From Sumerlaeia bacterium (GTDB lineage Bacteria; Sumerlaeota; Sumerlaeia; SLMS01; JAHLLQ01), in the NCBI GenBank assembly GCA_040219255.1, contig JAVJSW010000027.1:28990-92989 (forward strand): a stretch of 64,000 nt of DNA, read 5' to 3'. This document shows positions 9,389 through 19,894 of the stretch, piece by piece (the first letter of the stretch is position 1; every line of letters starts with the position of its first letter). The position numbers and the translations under genes are program-made. The notes below the pieces were generated by a model. The model ran no database searches, had not been told where the DNA came from, and saw only the letters and a program-made list of their open reading frames with translations.

Positions 9389-9706
9389 GATTGTTGGTCC
9401 TCCAAAGGAAAAATCATAATTGGTTCCGGGAATCGCCGCGGCGAAACGGCCCAGTTCCCGGCGAAGTGATGTCTATGCGTGGACTTATCGGGTAAGCCCT
9501 GGGACCCAAGAGGCAACTTGCGGACCACGCCCGGCCCCATGGCGGGGGAGCGCCTGCCTGCCCGGTCCGGGCCCCGGCGCCCCGGCGAGGAAGCGTCGCG
9601 CCGCCGAACTTTCTGCCCCCCGCGCGGGAGCTTTCCGTTGCGGCGCGCGGGCCGGCTCTCCTACCTCGCTTTGACGCTGTCGATTCCCCAGAGGACGCCC
9701 CCTCCC

Positions 9707-12043
9707 GTGCCCGCTTTGCTTCGAAACATCCGCACCCTCCTGATCGGCTTCGCGCTGCTGGCGGCGGCTGTGCCCTTGGCGGCGCGGCAATTGCCGCTGG
9801 AGGGCGAGCCCATCGCCGACGTGGAAATTCGCGGATTGGATCGCTATCCGGAAGCCAACGTGCTCCAGGTGATGGAGCTCGACGCGGGCGACGCCTTCAG
9901 CGGCGCGGCCCTGCGGCGCGATCTCGACGCCATTGTGGGCCTCGGGGTGTTCGACCCGCTGTCCCTGCGCGCCGAATCGGAAGCCAACGCCCAGGGCGAG
10001 ACCGTGCTGGTCATCGTGGTGCGGGAAAACCCGGTGGTGAATTCGATCGGCTTTATCGGAAACGTGAAGTATTCGAGCGACCGGCTGCGGCGCGAACTCG
10101 ACTTCAAGGAAGGCGACATCCTGCCCGCGGCGGTGCGCACGACCGCCGCCCGCAACATCCGCCGGTTCTACGAAGGCGGGGGCTATAAAGGCGCCGAAGT
10201 CAGCGTCCGCGTCCGCGAGGCGGAGGGCGAAGCCTCCGGCGCCGACGTGACCATCACGATCGACGAAGGCCGCAAGATCCAGATCAAGGACCTGATTATC
10301 CGGGGCAACTCGGCGATCCCGGACTGGCGTCTCAAACCGGCCCTGACCAATTCCGGCTCCTGGCTGATTTTCAAGAATTACTACGACGAAAACGCGTTCG
10401 AAGACGACCTGCGCATGGTCGAACGCAAGTACGCCGACAAAGGCTACCTGGACGCGAAGGCAACGGCCGACGACCCGATCTATGACGAGGACGAGGCGAA
10501 AATCTCGCCCGTGATCGTGGTCGAGGAAGGGCCTCGCTATCGCGTGCGTGACGTGGAAATCGCTGGCAACGCGCTCTTTGGCGACGAAGAAGTCCGCAAG
10601 CCCTTCGCCCCGATGATCGGCGATGTGTTCGATGGCGAGGAAACCCGCGAGGCCTTCGCGAAACTGCGGCGCCTCTACGGCGATCAGGGCTACATCGACG
10701 CCAAAGTGGACGGCACCTTTGTGCGCCACCCCGAGGACGGGTCGGTCACCATCGACGTGGAAATCGTCGAAGGCGCCCAGGTCTTCGTCGGCGACATCCG
10801 CGTGCAGAAGCCTGACTACAGCGACGTTCCCCCGCCCACGAACCCCATCGCGCGGTTCCTGGAGAGCACGTCGCCGGGCGTGACGAACGAGGCCATCATG
10901 CGCGAGGTGCAACTCGAGCCGGGCGATGTGTGGCGCGACAAGGAAGAGCGACGCAGCGTGCAGCGCCTGCGCCGCCTGGGCTTCTTCCGCGACGTGCGTG
11001 TGCGCCGCGTGCCCACGGAAGACCCGCGCATCAACGACGCCGTGGTCGAGGTGGAGGAAGACGCCACGGCGGGCTACTTCGGCGTCAGCGCCGGCGTCGG
11101 CGAGCGGAGCGGCCCGGCCATCACGCTGTCCTATGACAACCCGAACCTGCTGGGCGACGCGCGCGACCTGTCGATCTACGGCACCGTCGGCCGGCGCTCC
11201 AGCGGCTTTGGCATCAGTTACCTGGACCGCTATCTCGGCGACAGCGAGAACTCGCTGCGCCTGCGGGCCTATCGCGACGCCGCGCGCTTCGATGGCATCG
11301 GCGAACGCATCTATGGCACCTCGGGCGAATTGGGCGTGCCGATGGAGCAGTTCGGTCCCTTCGACGAATACTGGACCTCGTTCATCCGCCTTCGCCTCGA
11401 ACAGGTGAACCTGATCCGCCGCGACCAGGACCTGGAAAGCCCTGTCGATGGGTACCACGTGGCGGCGCTGCGCACGATGCTGCGGCGCGATATCCGCAAT
11501 GACCTGCGCTGGCCCACGGAAGGCTACACCGTGGCCGGCGGCTTCGAAACCGGCTACGCCGACGGCTTCCTGCTCAAGGCGCTCCACGATTTCGAATGGT
11601 ACAAGGCGCTGGATGACGAGGAAGACTGGGTTTATGCCTACGAGCACACGGTCGGCCTGATGCCCTACGACATCGACGACATCGGCTACACGGAGCGCTT
11701 TTTCCTGGGCGGCACGAGCACGCTCCGGGGCTTTGAAGCCCGCGGCATCGGCCCCACGGACCGGGGCGACGACAGCACCCACATCGGCGGCGCGACCTCT
11801 GTGGCGCAAAGCCACGAACTGCGCCGGCGCTTCAACCGCTACTTCGCGGGCCGGGTCTTCGTGGACGCGGGCGTCCTGGAGAACGATCCCCTCGAATGGG
11901 GCACCCCGCGCGTCGGCACCGGCGTCGGCGTGACCTTCAACGCGGGCCCTGCGGTCGTGGACTTCGACCTCGCCGCACCGGTCGTGCGCGAGGACGACGA
12001 CGAACCGCAGGTGTTCCACTTCCGGCTGCGCGGCGGGTTCTAA
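9707..12043 (+). CDS. bamA: Omp85/BamA family outer-membrane protein
   Basis: Probable GTG start at 9707 with signal peptide; POTRA repeats (VRENPVVNSIGFIGN, YADKGYLDA, LRRLGFFRDV); FFLGGTSTLRGF loop motif; C-terminal beta-signal FHFRLRGGF. Confidence 0.85.
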   Translation: MPALLRNIRTLLIGFALLAAAVPLAARQLPLEGEPIADVEIRGLDRYPEANVLQVMELDAGDAFSGAALRRDLDAIVGLGVFDPLSLRAESEANAQGETVLVIVVRENPVVNSIGFIGNVKYSSDRLRRELDFKEGDILPAAVRTTAARNIRRFYEGGGYKGAEVSVRVREAEGEASGADVTITIDEGRKIQIKDLIIRGNSAIPDWRLKPALTNSGSWLIFKNYYDENAFEDDLRMVERKYADKGYLDAKATADDPIYDEDEAKISPVIVVEEGPRYRVRDVEIAGNALFGDEEVRKPFAPMIGDVFDGEETREAFAKLRRLYGDQGYIDAKVDGTFVRHPEDGSVTIDVEIVEGAQVFVGDIRVQKPDYSDVPPPTNPIARFLESTSPGVTNEAIMREVQLEPGDVWRDKEERRSVQRLRRLGFFRDVRVRRVPTEDPRINDAVVEVEEDATAGYFGVSAGVGERSGPAITLSYDNPNLLGDARDLSIYGTVGRRSSGFGISYLDRYLGDSENSLRLRAYRDAARFDGIGERIYGTSGELGVPMEQFGPFDEYWTSFIRLRLEQVNLIRRDQDLESPVDGYHVAALRTMLRRDIRNDLRWPTEGYTVAGGFETGYADGFLLKALHDFEWYKALDDEEDWVYAYEHTVGLMPYDIDDIGYTERFFLGGTSTLRGFEARGIGPTDRGDDSTHIGGATSVAQSHELRRRFNRYFAGRVFVDAGVLENDPLEWGTPRVGTGVGVTFNAGPAVVDFDLAAPVVREDDDEPQVFHFRLRGGF

Positions 12044-12189
12044 GAGGGTTGTGCGGGCGTCCCCGCCCGTGACCAGCGGCGTGTTGCCTCAAGGAAATGG
12101 CGCTCTTCTTGCCCCTTGCAATAATGGGAGGTTCGCGTTAGTTGACCCCAGACGATTTCGAAACGCACCCAAATGACGGGGCCCCAAAA

Positions 12190-12396
12190 ATGAACACCAC
12201 ACAGAAAGACCAGCCCATTCGAAAAACCCAGCCTCAGCGTGAAACCGCCAATTCGATGACGGAAGACGAGCACGCCGCGATGATGCGTTTCGCTGTCTAC
12301 ATGGAAGTTCTTGCAGGTACGGAGCGGATGGAGCGGAACTTGACCAAGATGGTGGAGCGCCAGTTGGGGCGCTCTCCGCGTCAGTTGCTGAGGTGA
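12190..12396 (+). CDS. Small hypothetical protein
   Basis: 68-aa ORF in a lower-GC patch, directly upstream of the next ORF. Confidence 0.4.
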   Translation: MNTTQKDQPIRKTQPQRETANSMTEDEHAAMMRFAVYMEVLAGTERMERNLTKMVERQLGRSPRQLLR

Positions 12397-12402
12397 TGGC
12401 CA

Positions 12403-12840
12403 TTGACTGAAAAGGATCAGGAGTCTCAAGACGCGGCTGGCGGCCATGAGGACCGCGGAATCGAAGAATCTCCCGCGCTTGAAAGGACGCTTCAGCAGCT
12501 TCCGCCGACAGCACGGCGGGTTGTCGAGGGGGTGATTTCCGCCCACTACTCCGGACCCATGCCAAATCCGCTGGCTCAGAAGTTGAGCCCGGAACACATC
12601 ACTCAAATGATGAAGAATGAGGAAGCGAACGAGGTGCGCAAGCATCAGCGATACCTCTGGACGCTCGCTGTGCGTACGATCACGATCTTCCTGCTCGTCG
12701 CTCTCTTGGTATTCTGTATCATTTACCTGCGAGAAAGCAAAGAACTGCTGACACATCTTATTACTGGCCTCATCAGCCTGCTTGCTGGCGCGTTTGGCGG
12801 CTACGGGTACGCCATGCAAAAGGGCGAACCAAAAGAATAG
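12403..12840 (+). CDS. Predicted two-TM membrane protein (DUF2335-like)
   Basis: HYSGPMPNP motif followed by a helical stretch and two hydrophobic segments. Confidence 0.55.
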   Translation: MTEKDQESQDAAGGHEDRGIEESPALERTLQQLPPTARRVVEGVISAHYSGPMPNPLAQKLSPEHITQMMKNEEANEVRKHQRYLWTLAVRTITIFLLVALLVFCIIYLRESKELLTHLITGLISLLAGAFGGYGYAMQKGEPKE

Positions 12841-12859
12841 CTTGATAAGATTTCGATAC

Positions 12860-12895
12860 AGAAACAAGAAGCGGCCTCCCATTCCGGGAGGCCGC
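12860..12895 (-). terminator. Rho-independent terminator of gltD
   Basis: GCGGCCTCCC-attcc-GGGAGGCCGC stem (12871-12895) followed on the minus strand by TTCTTGTTTCT. Confidence 0.7.
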
Positions 12896-12933
12896 GCCAG
12901 GTCTCGAAGCTCAATCTCGTCTCGGGACCCCCC

Positions 12934-14376
12934 TTACCCCGGCAGATCGCTTTCGCCCATCAGGTATTGATCGACGGCGCGGGCGGCTTTGCGGCCTTCG
13001 GCGATGGCCCAGACGACGAGGCTCTGGCCGCGGCGGCAGTCGCCGGCGGCGAAGATGCCTTCCTGGCTGGTCTGGTAATTGCCGTTGGTTTTGACGTTGC
13101 CGCGGGCGTCCAGTTCGCAGCCGGCCTGCTCGATGGGGCCTTCTTTTTCCGGGTGGACGAAGCCCATGGCGAGAAGCACCAGGTCGGCGGCCATTTCGAA
13201 TTCCGAGCCGGGGATTTTCTCGAAGCCCATGCGGCCGTCCGCACCCTTCTTCCATTCCAGGCGGACGCCGTGCAAGGTGGTGACCTTGCCGTCCTTGCCG
13301 CTCAGGTGGGTGGTCTGGATGCTGTAGTCGCGGATGCCGCCCTCTTCGTGGGCCGAGGAGGTGCGCAGCACCATGGGCCACTGGGGCCAGGGGTTACTGT
13401 TGTCGTCGCGCTTGGTGGGCGGCTTGGGCATCAGCTCGAACTGGTGGACGCTGGCGGCGCCGTGGCGGTGCGAGGTGCCCAGGCAGTCGGCGCCGGTGTC
13501 GCCACCGCCGAGGATGATGACGTGCTTGTCCTTGGCGCTGATGTGGCGGCGGGCAGCGGGGCGGTCGCCGTAGTTTTCCTCGTTCTGGGGCACGAGGAAA
13601 TCCATGGCGAAGTGCACGCCGTCCAGTTCCCGGCCCGGTACCGGCAGGTCGCGGGGCTTGGTCGAGCCCATGGCGAAGACCACCGCGTCGAATTCGCGGC
13701 GGATTTCGTCCATGGTGACGTCGAAGCCGATGTTTACGCCGCACCGGAAGCGGATGCCTTCCTCCTCCATGATGCCGAGGCGGCGGTCGACGACCTTCTT
13801 GTCGAGTTTGAAGTCGGGAATGCCGAAGGTCAGCAGGCCGCCGGCGCGCTGGGCGCGTTCGAAGACGGTGACCAGGTGGCCGGCCTTGTTGAGCTGGGCC
13901 GCGGCGGCGAGCCCGGCGGGTCCGGAGCCGATGACGGCGACGGACTTGCCGGTGCGGAAGGCGGGCGGCTCGGGGTGAATCAGGCCTTCGGCGAAGGCGC
14001 GGTCGATGATGCTGACTTCGCTGAGCTTGATCGTGACCGGCTCTTCGTACTTATTGAGGACGCAGGAGGCCTCGCAGGGCGCGGGGCAGATGCGGCCGGT
14101 GAATTCGGGGAAGTTGTTGGTTTTGAGGAGGGAAGCCAGCGCGTCGGCCCATCGGCCCCGGTAAACGTGATCGTTCCACTCCGGGATCAGATTGCCCAGG
14201 GGGCAGCCCTGATTGCAGAAGGGGATGCCACAGTCCATGCAGCGCGAGGTTTGATCGCGAACCAGCTTGTCGTCTGTGGGCGCATTGACTTCTTTCCAGT
14301 CCTGGATGCGTTCTTCGATTGGGCGGTAGGGGGGCTTCTCCCTGTCCAGCTCCATGAATCCAGTCGGTTTTCCCAT
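12934..14376 (-). CDS. gltD: Glutamate synthase small subunit
   Basis: MGKPTGFME start; [10 protein letters not shown]...CPLGN; [16 protein letters not shown]; GSGPAG; GGGDTGADC; [18 protein letters not shown]. Confidence 0.95.
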   Translation of the reverse strand: MGKPTGFMELDREKPPYRPIEERIQDWKEVNAPTDDKLVRDQTSRCMDCGIPFCNQGCPLGNLIPEWNDHVYRGRWADALASLLKTNNFPEFTGRICPAPCEASCVLNKYEEPVTIKLSEVSIIDRAFAEGLIHPEPPAFRTGKSVAVIGSGPAGLAAAAQLNKAGHLVTVFERAQRAGGLLTFGIPDFKLDKKVVDRRLGIMEEEGIRFRCGVNIGFDVTMDEIRREFDAVVFAMGSTKPRDLPVPGRELDGVHFAMDFLVPQNEENYGDRPAARRHISAKDKHVIILGGGDTGADCLGTSHRHGAASVHQFELMPKPPTKRDDNSNPWPQWPMVLRTSSAHEEGGIRDYSIQTTHLSGKDGKVTTLHGVRLEWKKGADGRMGFEKIPGSEFEMAADLVLLAMGFVHPEKEGPIEQAGCELDARGNVKTNGNYQTSQEGIFAAGDCRRGQSLVVWAIAEGRKAARAVDQYLMGESDLPG

Positions 14377-14750
14377 AGCTCGTATTCTTTCCACAGTAAG
14401 ATTCGCTACCCCCAAATGGGGTGCATGGGGCCGAACCTGTCAACGATTTGAGAGCGTTCCAGAAGCCCTATGAAACACTTTGTCAAGGAGCGCCCTTTTC
14501 AAGGCCCCCAAGAAAAACCAAGAAATCGCGCGGAGCCCCCGCACGAGCGTCGGCCACCAGCGGTTCGCCCCCCCCGCACCCCAGTTCCCCGTGGCGCCCG
14601 GGGCGAAGAATGAAGACCGCCGCCGCCCCGCCTCTCGAAAACGGTTGTGGACAGCCTTCTTTCGTGGTCTGACCAGCATCGAGGCGTTCACAGGTCCGGC
14701 ATGCAGGCGGCCACGTTGGACCAGAGCCGATCCCCGCGGAGGAAAGCACC

Positions 14751-15566
14751 TTGGGTCTTTTCAGCCACGCCACCTTTCTTCTGATCCCAAGCAAAGAGCA
14801 CGGCCGCCTCGTGGCCCGGTCCATGATGGAATCGTCCCATTCGCTGCTCTTCACGCGCCCCTACAAGCAGGAGGGCGGCAAGGACGGCGAGTTCTGGATG
14901 AGCGTCTATCTGCCGCTCGGGCTCGCCTACAAGGACGTGCCCGAGTTGCCGACGACCACGTCGCTCGAGATCGATTGCCTGGACGGCGACGGACTGAGCC
15001 TGAAGCTGTTCGCGAGCGACCGCGTGGCCTTCCATTTCGAGACCGGCGTCGGCGACGTGGGCGAGGAAGAGGACCGGCTGCTGGAACTGGCGGCGGAACT
15101 TTACACGGGCGAGAACACCGGCGCCTCGGACATCGCCGAAGGCGACGAGGACCCGGAAGCGCAGGGGTTCTGGGCGCAGGACGAAGAGCGGCAGAATCAA
15201 TACGTCGACCGGGCCCGGCGTTCGCCTCAATACCAAACCTATCTGCAGGAATCGCGCGGGGCCTCGGCCGTTCCGCCGATGGAGCCGCTGGCTCCTCTGC
15301 TGCCGGAAGGCCGCACCATCGACCAACTCGGCCGCCTGCTTCGGCTCGCCGCCTCGCGCCTGGAAGGCGCCCCCGAGGCGGAGGAGGACAAGGCGCTGCT
15401 GCGTGAGGTGATGGATGGCAAGGAGCATTCCGACAGCGCGGAAGATTTCGTTCGGGCGCTCGAGCGCTTCTTTGGCCTCAAAGGCGCCCTCCATTCTCAA
15501 GAAAGCCTGATGGAGCAACACAGCGGCGCGGTCGACGGCCGCATCGTGACCCTCCCGGAGACCTGA
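14751..15566 (+). CDS. Hypothetical acidic protein
   Basis: 271-aa ORF with host-like codon usage, GGAGG RBS, TTG start; operon-like spacing to the next gene. Confidence 0.7.
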   Translation: MGLFSHATFLLIPSKEHGRLVARSMMESSHSLLFTRPYKQEGGKDGEFWMSVYLPLGLAYKDVPELPTTTSLEIDCLDGDGLSLKLFASDRVAFHFETGVGDVGEEEDRLLELAAELYTGENTGASDIAEGDEDPEAQGFWAQDEERQNQYVDRARRSPQYQTYLQESRGASAVPPMEPLAPLLPEGRTIDQLGRLLRLAASRLEGAPEAEEDKALLREVMDGKEHSDSAEDFVRALERFFGLKGALHSQESLMEQHSGAVDGRIVTLPET

Positions 15567-15571
15567 ATCCC

Positions 15572-16057
15572 ATGAGTTTAGTCGAAGCTCGAATCACCGA
15601 ACTCGGTTACAAACTGCCCGCCACGCCCAAGCCCGTGGCGGCCTACATCCCCGCCATCCGGTCGGGCAACCTGGTCTTCACCAGCGGCCAACTGCCGGTC
15701 TTCAACGGCGAACTGGTCCGCCAAGGCGTCGTCGGCGACGGCACCGTCTCCATCGAAGACGCTAAGAGCGACGCGCGCCTGGCCTGCCTGAACGGCCTCG
15801 CGGCGATCAAGAGCGTCGTCGGCGACCTCGACCACATCGAAAAAGTGGTCCGCGTCGCCGTCTTTGTCCAGAGCACGCCGGACTTCTACGACCAATCGAA
15901 AATCGCCAACGGCGCCAGCGAGCTGCTGCTCGAGCTTCTGGGAGAAGCGGGACGCCACGTGCGCACCTCCCTGGGCATGGTGGCGCTGCCGCTGAACGCG
16001 ACGGTGGAAGTGGAATTGACGGTCCAGGTCCGCGAAGAGCAACCTTACTCCGTCTGA
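15572..16057 (+). CDS. RidA/YjgF/UK114 family protein
   Basis: LPATPKPVAAYIPAIRSGNLVFTSGQLP; ANGASELL; GRHVRTSLG...LPLNATVEVE. Confidence 0.9.
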   Translation: MSLVEARITELGYKLPATPKPVAAYIPAIRSGNLVFTSGQLPVFNGELVRQGVVGDGTVSIEDAKSDARLACLNGLAAIKSVVGDLDHIEKVVRVAVFVQSTPDFYDQSKIANGASELLLELLGEAGRHVRTSLGMVALPLNATVEVELTVQVREEQPYSV

Positions 16058-16065
16058 TTCCAGAC

Positions 16066-16842
16066 ATGGCCCCAGGCCCCGACACCCAGCCCCCTGGACT
16101 CCCCCTCATGCGTTCCTCCGGAACATACATCTACCGGTTCGCCGGCATCGAGGTGGGCCGCGAAATCTGGAGCATCCGCCCGGAAGGCGACACGTGGCGC
16201 TATCAGGCCGACGTGATGCGCAACCACGTGCGCACCGAGCTTCATCTCAATACCTTCACGGATTCGGCCCGGCCGCGCAACGCGGGCATCAAGCGCACCA
16301 CGCCGGACGGCCCCACCGCCAGCGCGGATTTCCACTTTCACGAAAACACCCTCCACACCGTGTACACGGACCGCAATTTCCTGCGGCGCGAGGCGGCGCC
16401 CCGGGAATGGCCGACGGAGGGGATTTTCCACCCGTTCGCGACGTGCTTGATGACGCACGTGCTGCGCTATGCGCAGTTGAACCAATCGGAGGACAGCGAT
16501 TTCGACTGTCTGTTTATTTCCTATAGTGGATTGAACTTGAATGGGAAAATCGGAAAGGGCCGCATCCGGCGCCTGAAGTCGCGCGACTTCGGCTCCGTCA
16601 CCGGCCTCATCACGGCGCAAATCTGGGAAGCCAAGTTCTCCTTCCGCCTGCCCATGTCGCTGCAATTGCTGCCGCACCGGTTGGTGTTCGACGCCCGGGG
16701 CATTTGCCATCATGTGTCGGCGGGGCCGTGGCGGGTCGAACTGGTGGAGCTGGAAGTGGCCGACGCGCAGACGCCCCTGCCGGTGCGTTCGAGCCGCGCC
16801 GATCCGCCGTCCTCCTACTCGGTCGGCAGCCCGTCGGAGTAG
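16066..16842 (+). CDS. Hypothetical protein
   Basis: 258-aa ORF continuing the operon; beta-rich; no recognised motif. Confidence 0.6.
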   Translation: MAPGPDTQPPGLPLMRSSGTYIYRFAGIEVGREIWSIRPEGDTWRYQADVMRNHVRTELHLNTFTDSARPRNAGIKRTTPDGPTASADFHFHENTLHTVYTDRNFLRREAAPREWPTEGIFHPFATCLMTHVLRYAQLNQSEDSDFDCLFISYSGLNLNGKIGKGRIRRLKSRDFGSVTGLITAQIWEAKFSFRLPMSLQLLPHRLVFDARGICHHVSAGPWRVELVELEVADAQTPLPVRSSRADPPSSYSVGSPSE

Positions 16843-17254
16843 GCGCCGCCGGGCCGTCAGGAAACCACTGAGGAGCCGCGGAGAACGCGGGAACGATCGG
16901 TGCCTTTGAAGTTGACCGGAAACATGGGCATGCCCCGGTTCTTCTGAAACACGAAAGCATAGCCAGGCAAGAAGCTCAAAGTGCCGCGACTTCTTGGGTA
17001 CTTTCAGGATGTGGGGCTTGAGAGTGGGTTGACAGAGCGCTTATTTGTTTGGACTTGGCTCAACAGGTTGTCGCTTCACATGACCCGCTTTGAAAGCTCT
17101 CTGTGAAACCTTTGTCTTCGGTGCCCGCCGTCGGGAACGATCGCGATGCCGGCCGAGGCCAAAAACGTTCGCGCTTGCGGCGGCCCGCTTCGCCTCGCAT
17201 GCTGGCCGCCGCACAAGGTCTTCCCACTTCCCCGAACCTGGAGTCCCGCACGCC

Positions 17255-18598
17255 ATGCCGCTGGAGCATTCCGAACCGTATTGGCTGGATCAACTCGCCG
17301 AACTGCGCGCCGCCCTCGCGGAGGGCCGCTACGCCGATGGGCTGAAAGCCTCCGACGCCGCGTTCCGTTCGATGCCGACGGCGGGCGGGCCGGATGTGCG
17401 GCTGGGGATTTTGTACCGCTGCGCGGGGGAAATCCTGCTGCTCTACTCCCACTTCGAGCCCGCCATCGACCTGGCCCGCAAGGCCTTGGCGATCTGCCAG
17501 GGAGCCGGCCACAAGGTCGACTGCACGGCGGAAATCGCTCGCGCGTTCCTGCTCCTGGGCCGGGCGCTGCAAAGCCATGGCGACGGGGATGAAGCGGAAA
17601 CCTACCTTCATCAGGCGACTTTTCTGGCGGAAGGGATTCGCGAGGCGGAATCGGCCCTGGCCATCGAAGCGGAAATCGCCACCATCATGCTCATGCTGCA
17701 GACCGGGCCGTTCTTCGTCGCCGAGAACCTGCTCGCCGATATCGCCGAGCGGGCCACGGAGATGCTTGGCCCGAACCACCCGGTCACCTGCCGCGTGCAG
17801 ATGGCTTACGCGGAGTGGGAACTGGCGGTGGGGGAGAACGAGTCGGCGCGCCAGCGCAGCCAGCGGGTGCTGCGGGTTCTGGAGGTGGAGAAGGGGCCGG
17901 ACGCTCTGTTGACGACGGAGGCGCGGCTGCTGGTGCAAGATTGCCGGGCGCGGTCTGGCGCGGGTCTGGAGGACAGCGAGATCGCGGCGGCGGAGGCGGC
18001 GCTGATCGAGGCGCTGGACGAAGACGCGCCGTTCCTCAACGCGCGATTCCTGCGGCTGCGTTGCCAACTCGAACGCCTGCGGGGCAACGAGGCGGGGATG
18101 GATCTGTTGCAGGATCAGGCGCTGGCGCTGATCCGCAAACGCTGGGGCGAGGAGCATGCGCTCGGCGGATTGCTCTATCGCGAGATGGCTCTGGAAGCGG
18201 GTCAGCGGGGGCATTTCGCGGAAGCGGGCCGGCTCGAGCGCCTCGCGCGCAACATCCTGGAGCGAACCATGGGCCCGGAATTTCCGGAGTTGGAGCCGCT
18301 GCTGATGTCGATGGCCTCGACCCACGCGGGCGAAGGCAATTACGAGTCGGCGGGCGAGTTCCTGGCGCGGGCCGTGGCGGTGAAGCGCAAGGCGCTGGGG
18401 GCCCGCTTCACCAAGCTGGGGCCTTACGGGGCGGTGCTGGTCTCTTGGGTGCGCAAGGCGGAGGCGGAGGAGCGGCTGGAAGACGCGCGGGCGCTGGCGC
18501 GGCGGGGCGTCTTGATCGCCAGGGGCGCCATCGGCCCGGAGGCTCGGGAAACGCGCGAACTCGAGGGTCTCCTCGGCACCGCCGGCTCGCCGGCTTAG
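17255..18598 (+). CDS. Tetratricopeptide repeat protein
   Basis: Helical repeats with LGPNHP, KGPDAL, WGEEHA, MGPEFP turns typical of TPR_10/12. Confidence 0.75.
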   Translation: MPLEHSEPYWLDQLAELRAALAEGRYADGLKASDAAFRSMPTAGGPDVRLGILYRCAGEILLLYSHFEPAIDLARKALAICQGAGHKVDCTAEIARAFLLLGRALQSHGDGDEAETYLHQATFLAEGIREAESALAIEAEIATIMLMLQTGPFFVAENLLADIAERATEMLGPNHPVTCRVQMAYAEWELAVGENESARQRSQRVLRVLEVEKGPDALLTTEARLLVQDCRARSGAGLEDSEIAAAEAALIEALDEDAPFLNARFLRLRCQLERLRGNEAGMDLLQDQALALIRKRWGEEHALGGLLYREMALEAGQRGHFAEAGRLERLARNILERTMGPEFPELEPLLMSMASTHAGEGNYESAGEFLARAVAVKRKALGARFTKLGPYGAVLVSWVRKAEAEERLEDARALARRGVLIARGAIGPEARETRELEGLLGTAGSPA

Positions 18599-18801
18599 AG
18601 GTCTGGCGGGGGGTGGTTCTTTATCGCCAGGGATAGACACAGTTGGCGCCGATGATGAGGGGCGGACGGGGGAGATGGCAGGCTCTTCTGAAGATCGCCC
18701 TATGGAACCGGAGTTTCTTGGGCATGCTTCAGTAGGTCGATCTGCTTTCATGCCCCATTTCATCTGTGCTCATCCGCGCCATCCGCGGCAAAAAAACCAG
18801 T

Positions 18802-19527
18802 TCAAAGCTTCGTCTTATCCTTGCGCACTTTGCCTTGGCGCCAGTGCTTGTAGCGCCGGTAGACGCCTTTTTTGAGCAAGCGGCCGAAGCGGAGGCTGGC
18901 GGGTTGGGCGGCGAGTTCTTCGCTTTCCTCCGCGCTCAACGCCGTTTCGCCCAAATACCAGCGCTTCAGCTTCAGGAACGTCAGGCGGTCGACATGAGCG
19001 GCGTGGAGGAAGACACGGCGCCCGATCCAGCCCTGGCGTTGTGGCGGGAAGGCGAGGGACTGGGCGAAATCGACCAGGACGGGGGCGCCGGTGCGCGCGT
19101 GGCGCATCAGGTTGCGGCGGCGCAGGTCACCATGGTTCAGGCCCCGGGCGTGGATGGCGCGGATCAGGCGGTCGAGTTCGTCGAAGTAGTCCCGGCCGAG
19201 ACCATGGCCGGTCTTGGTTTCCGGGACCGGCTCGGCGCTCAGCCAGGTCATCTCGACGGTCCAGGGTTCGGGAAAGCCGAGGAATTCGGGGACGCCGGGA
19301 AGGCCCTGGAGGTGCTGGAGGTTTCGGCCTTCGCGCTGGGCGATCCAGCGGCAGACGGTGGCGCGCAGGGGGGCGGGGCTTTCGCGGAAGGTCTTCCAGA
19401 CGCGGTCGGGCTGGAGGCGGTCGGCGGGCAGTTTCCAGACGTCGGGCTGGGTGGCGGAGGCGCCAGCCTTGAGCAGTTCGGCGCCGGGTGCGGGCGGTGT
19501 GGGCTGGCGCGGCGGACGTCGGGTCAT
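18802..19527 (-). CDS. Kinase-like protein (RIO/Kdo/APH-like fold)
   Basis: VWKTF lysine, REGRNL helix, HGDLRRRN catalytic loop, VDFA Mg-binding motif. Confidence 0.75.
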   Translation of the reverse strand: MTRRPPRQPTPPAPGAELLKAGASATQPDVWKLPADRLQPDRVWKTFRESPAPLRATVCRWIAQREGRNLQHLQGLPGVPEFLGFPEPWTVEMTWLSAEPVPETKTGHGLGRDYFDELDRLIRAIHARGLNHGDLRRRNLMRHARTGAPVLVDFAQSLAFPPQRQGWIGRRVFLHAAHVDRLTFLKLKRWYLGETALSAEESEELAAQPASLRFGRLLKKGVYRRYKHWRQGKVRKDKTKL

Positions 19528-19894
19528 GAGGGGCGGGAATGGTTTCGTGGGGCTGGCGGGTGTGCGACGGTGAATGTGTCGCAACGAACCGTCGCGCCGG
19601 GTTCTTGTGCGACGGAGGGCTATCGCGCCAAGGGCTTTTTTCGCTGGAAACAGGCGATTTGGGGTGGGATCGCGATGGCACCCATCTCGCGTAAGTTTCG
19701 CCTGAGCGCGGCGGCCGATGGGAATTCAATCAGCCTTGACCCGATTTCCGCCGCCTTTATCAAGAAGAAGGCACCGGCCCAATCGCGCGCCATGGCTTCG
19801 GGCAACTTGACGGCGGCGGAGCTTTGTGAGATTTGAAGATCGACGGGGTCTCCGACCGAGACGAGCCGCCACAGAAACCGAGGGGAGAGAGCGA

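Noticed and set aside
9485-12019. Long antisense ORFs (844 aa here; also 21739-24186, 12967-14451, 2684-4642)
   Set aside because: Shadow frames of high-GC genes whose opposite strand carries clear family motifs
19530-19890. CtsR or CIRCE operator, or riboswitch, upstream of mcsA
   Set aside because: No GGTCAAA direct repeat, CIRCE inverted repeat or recognisable riboswitch consensus found by eye
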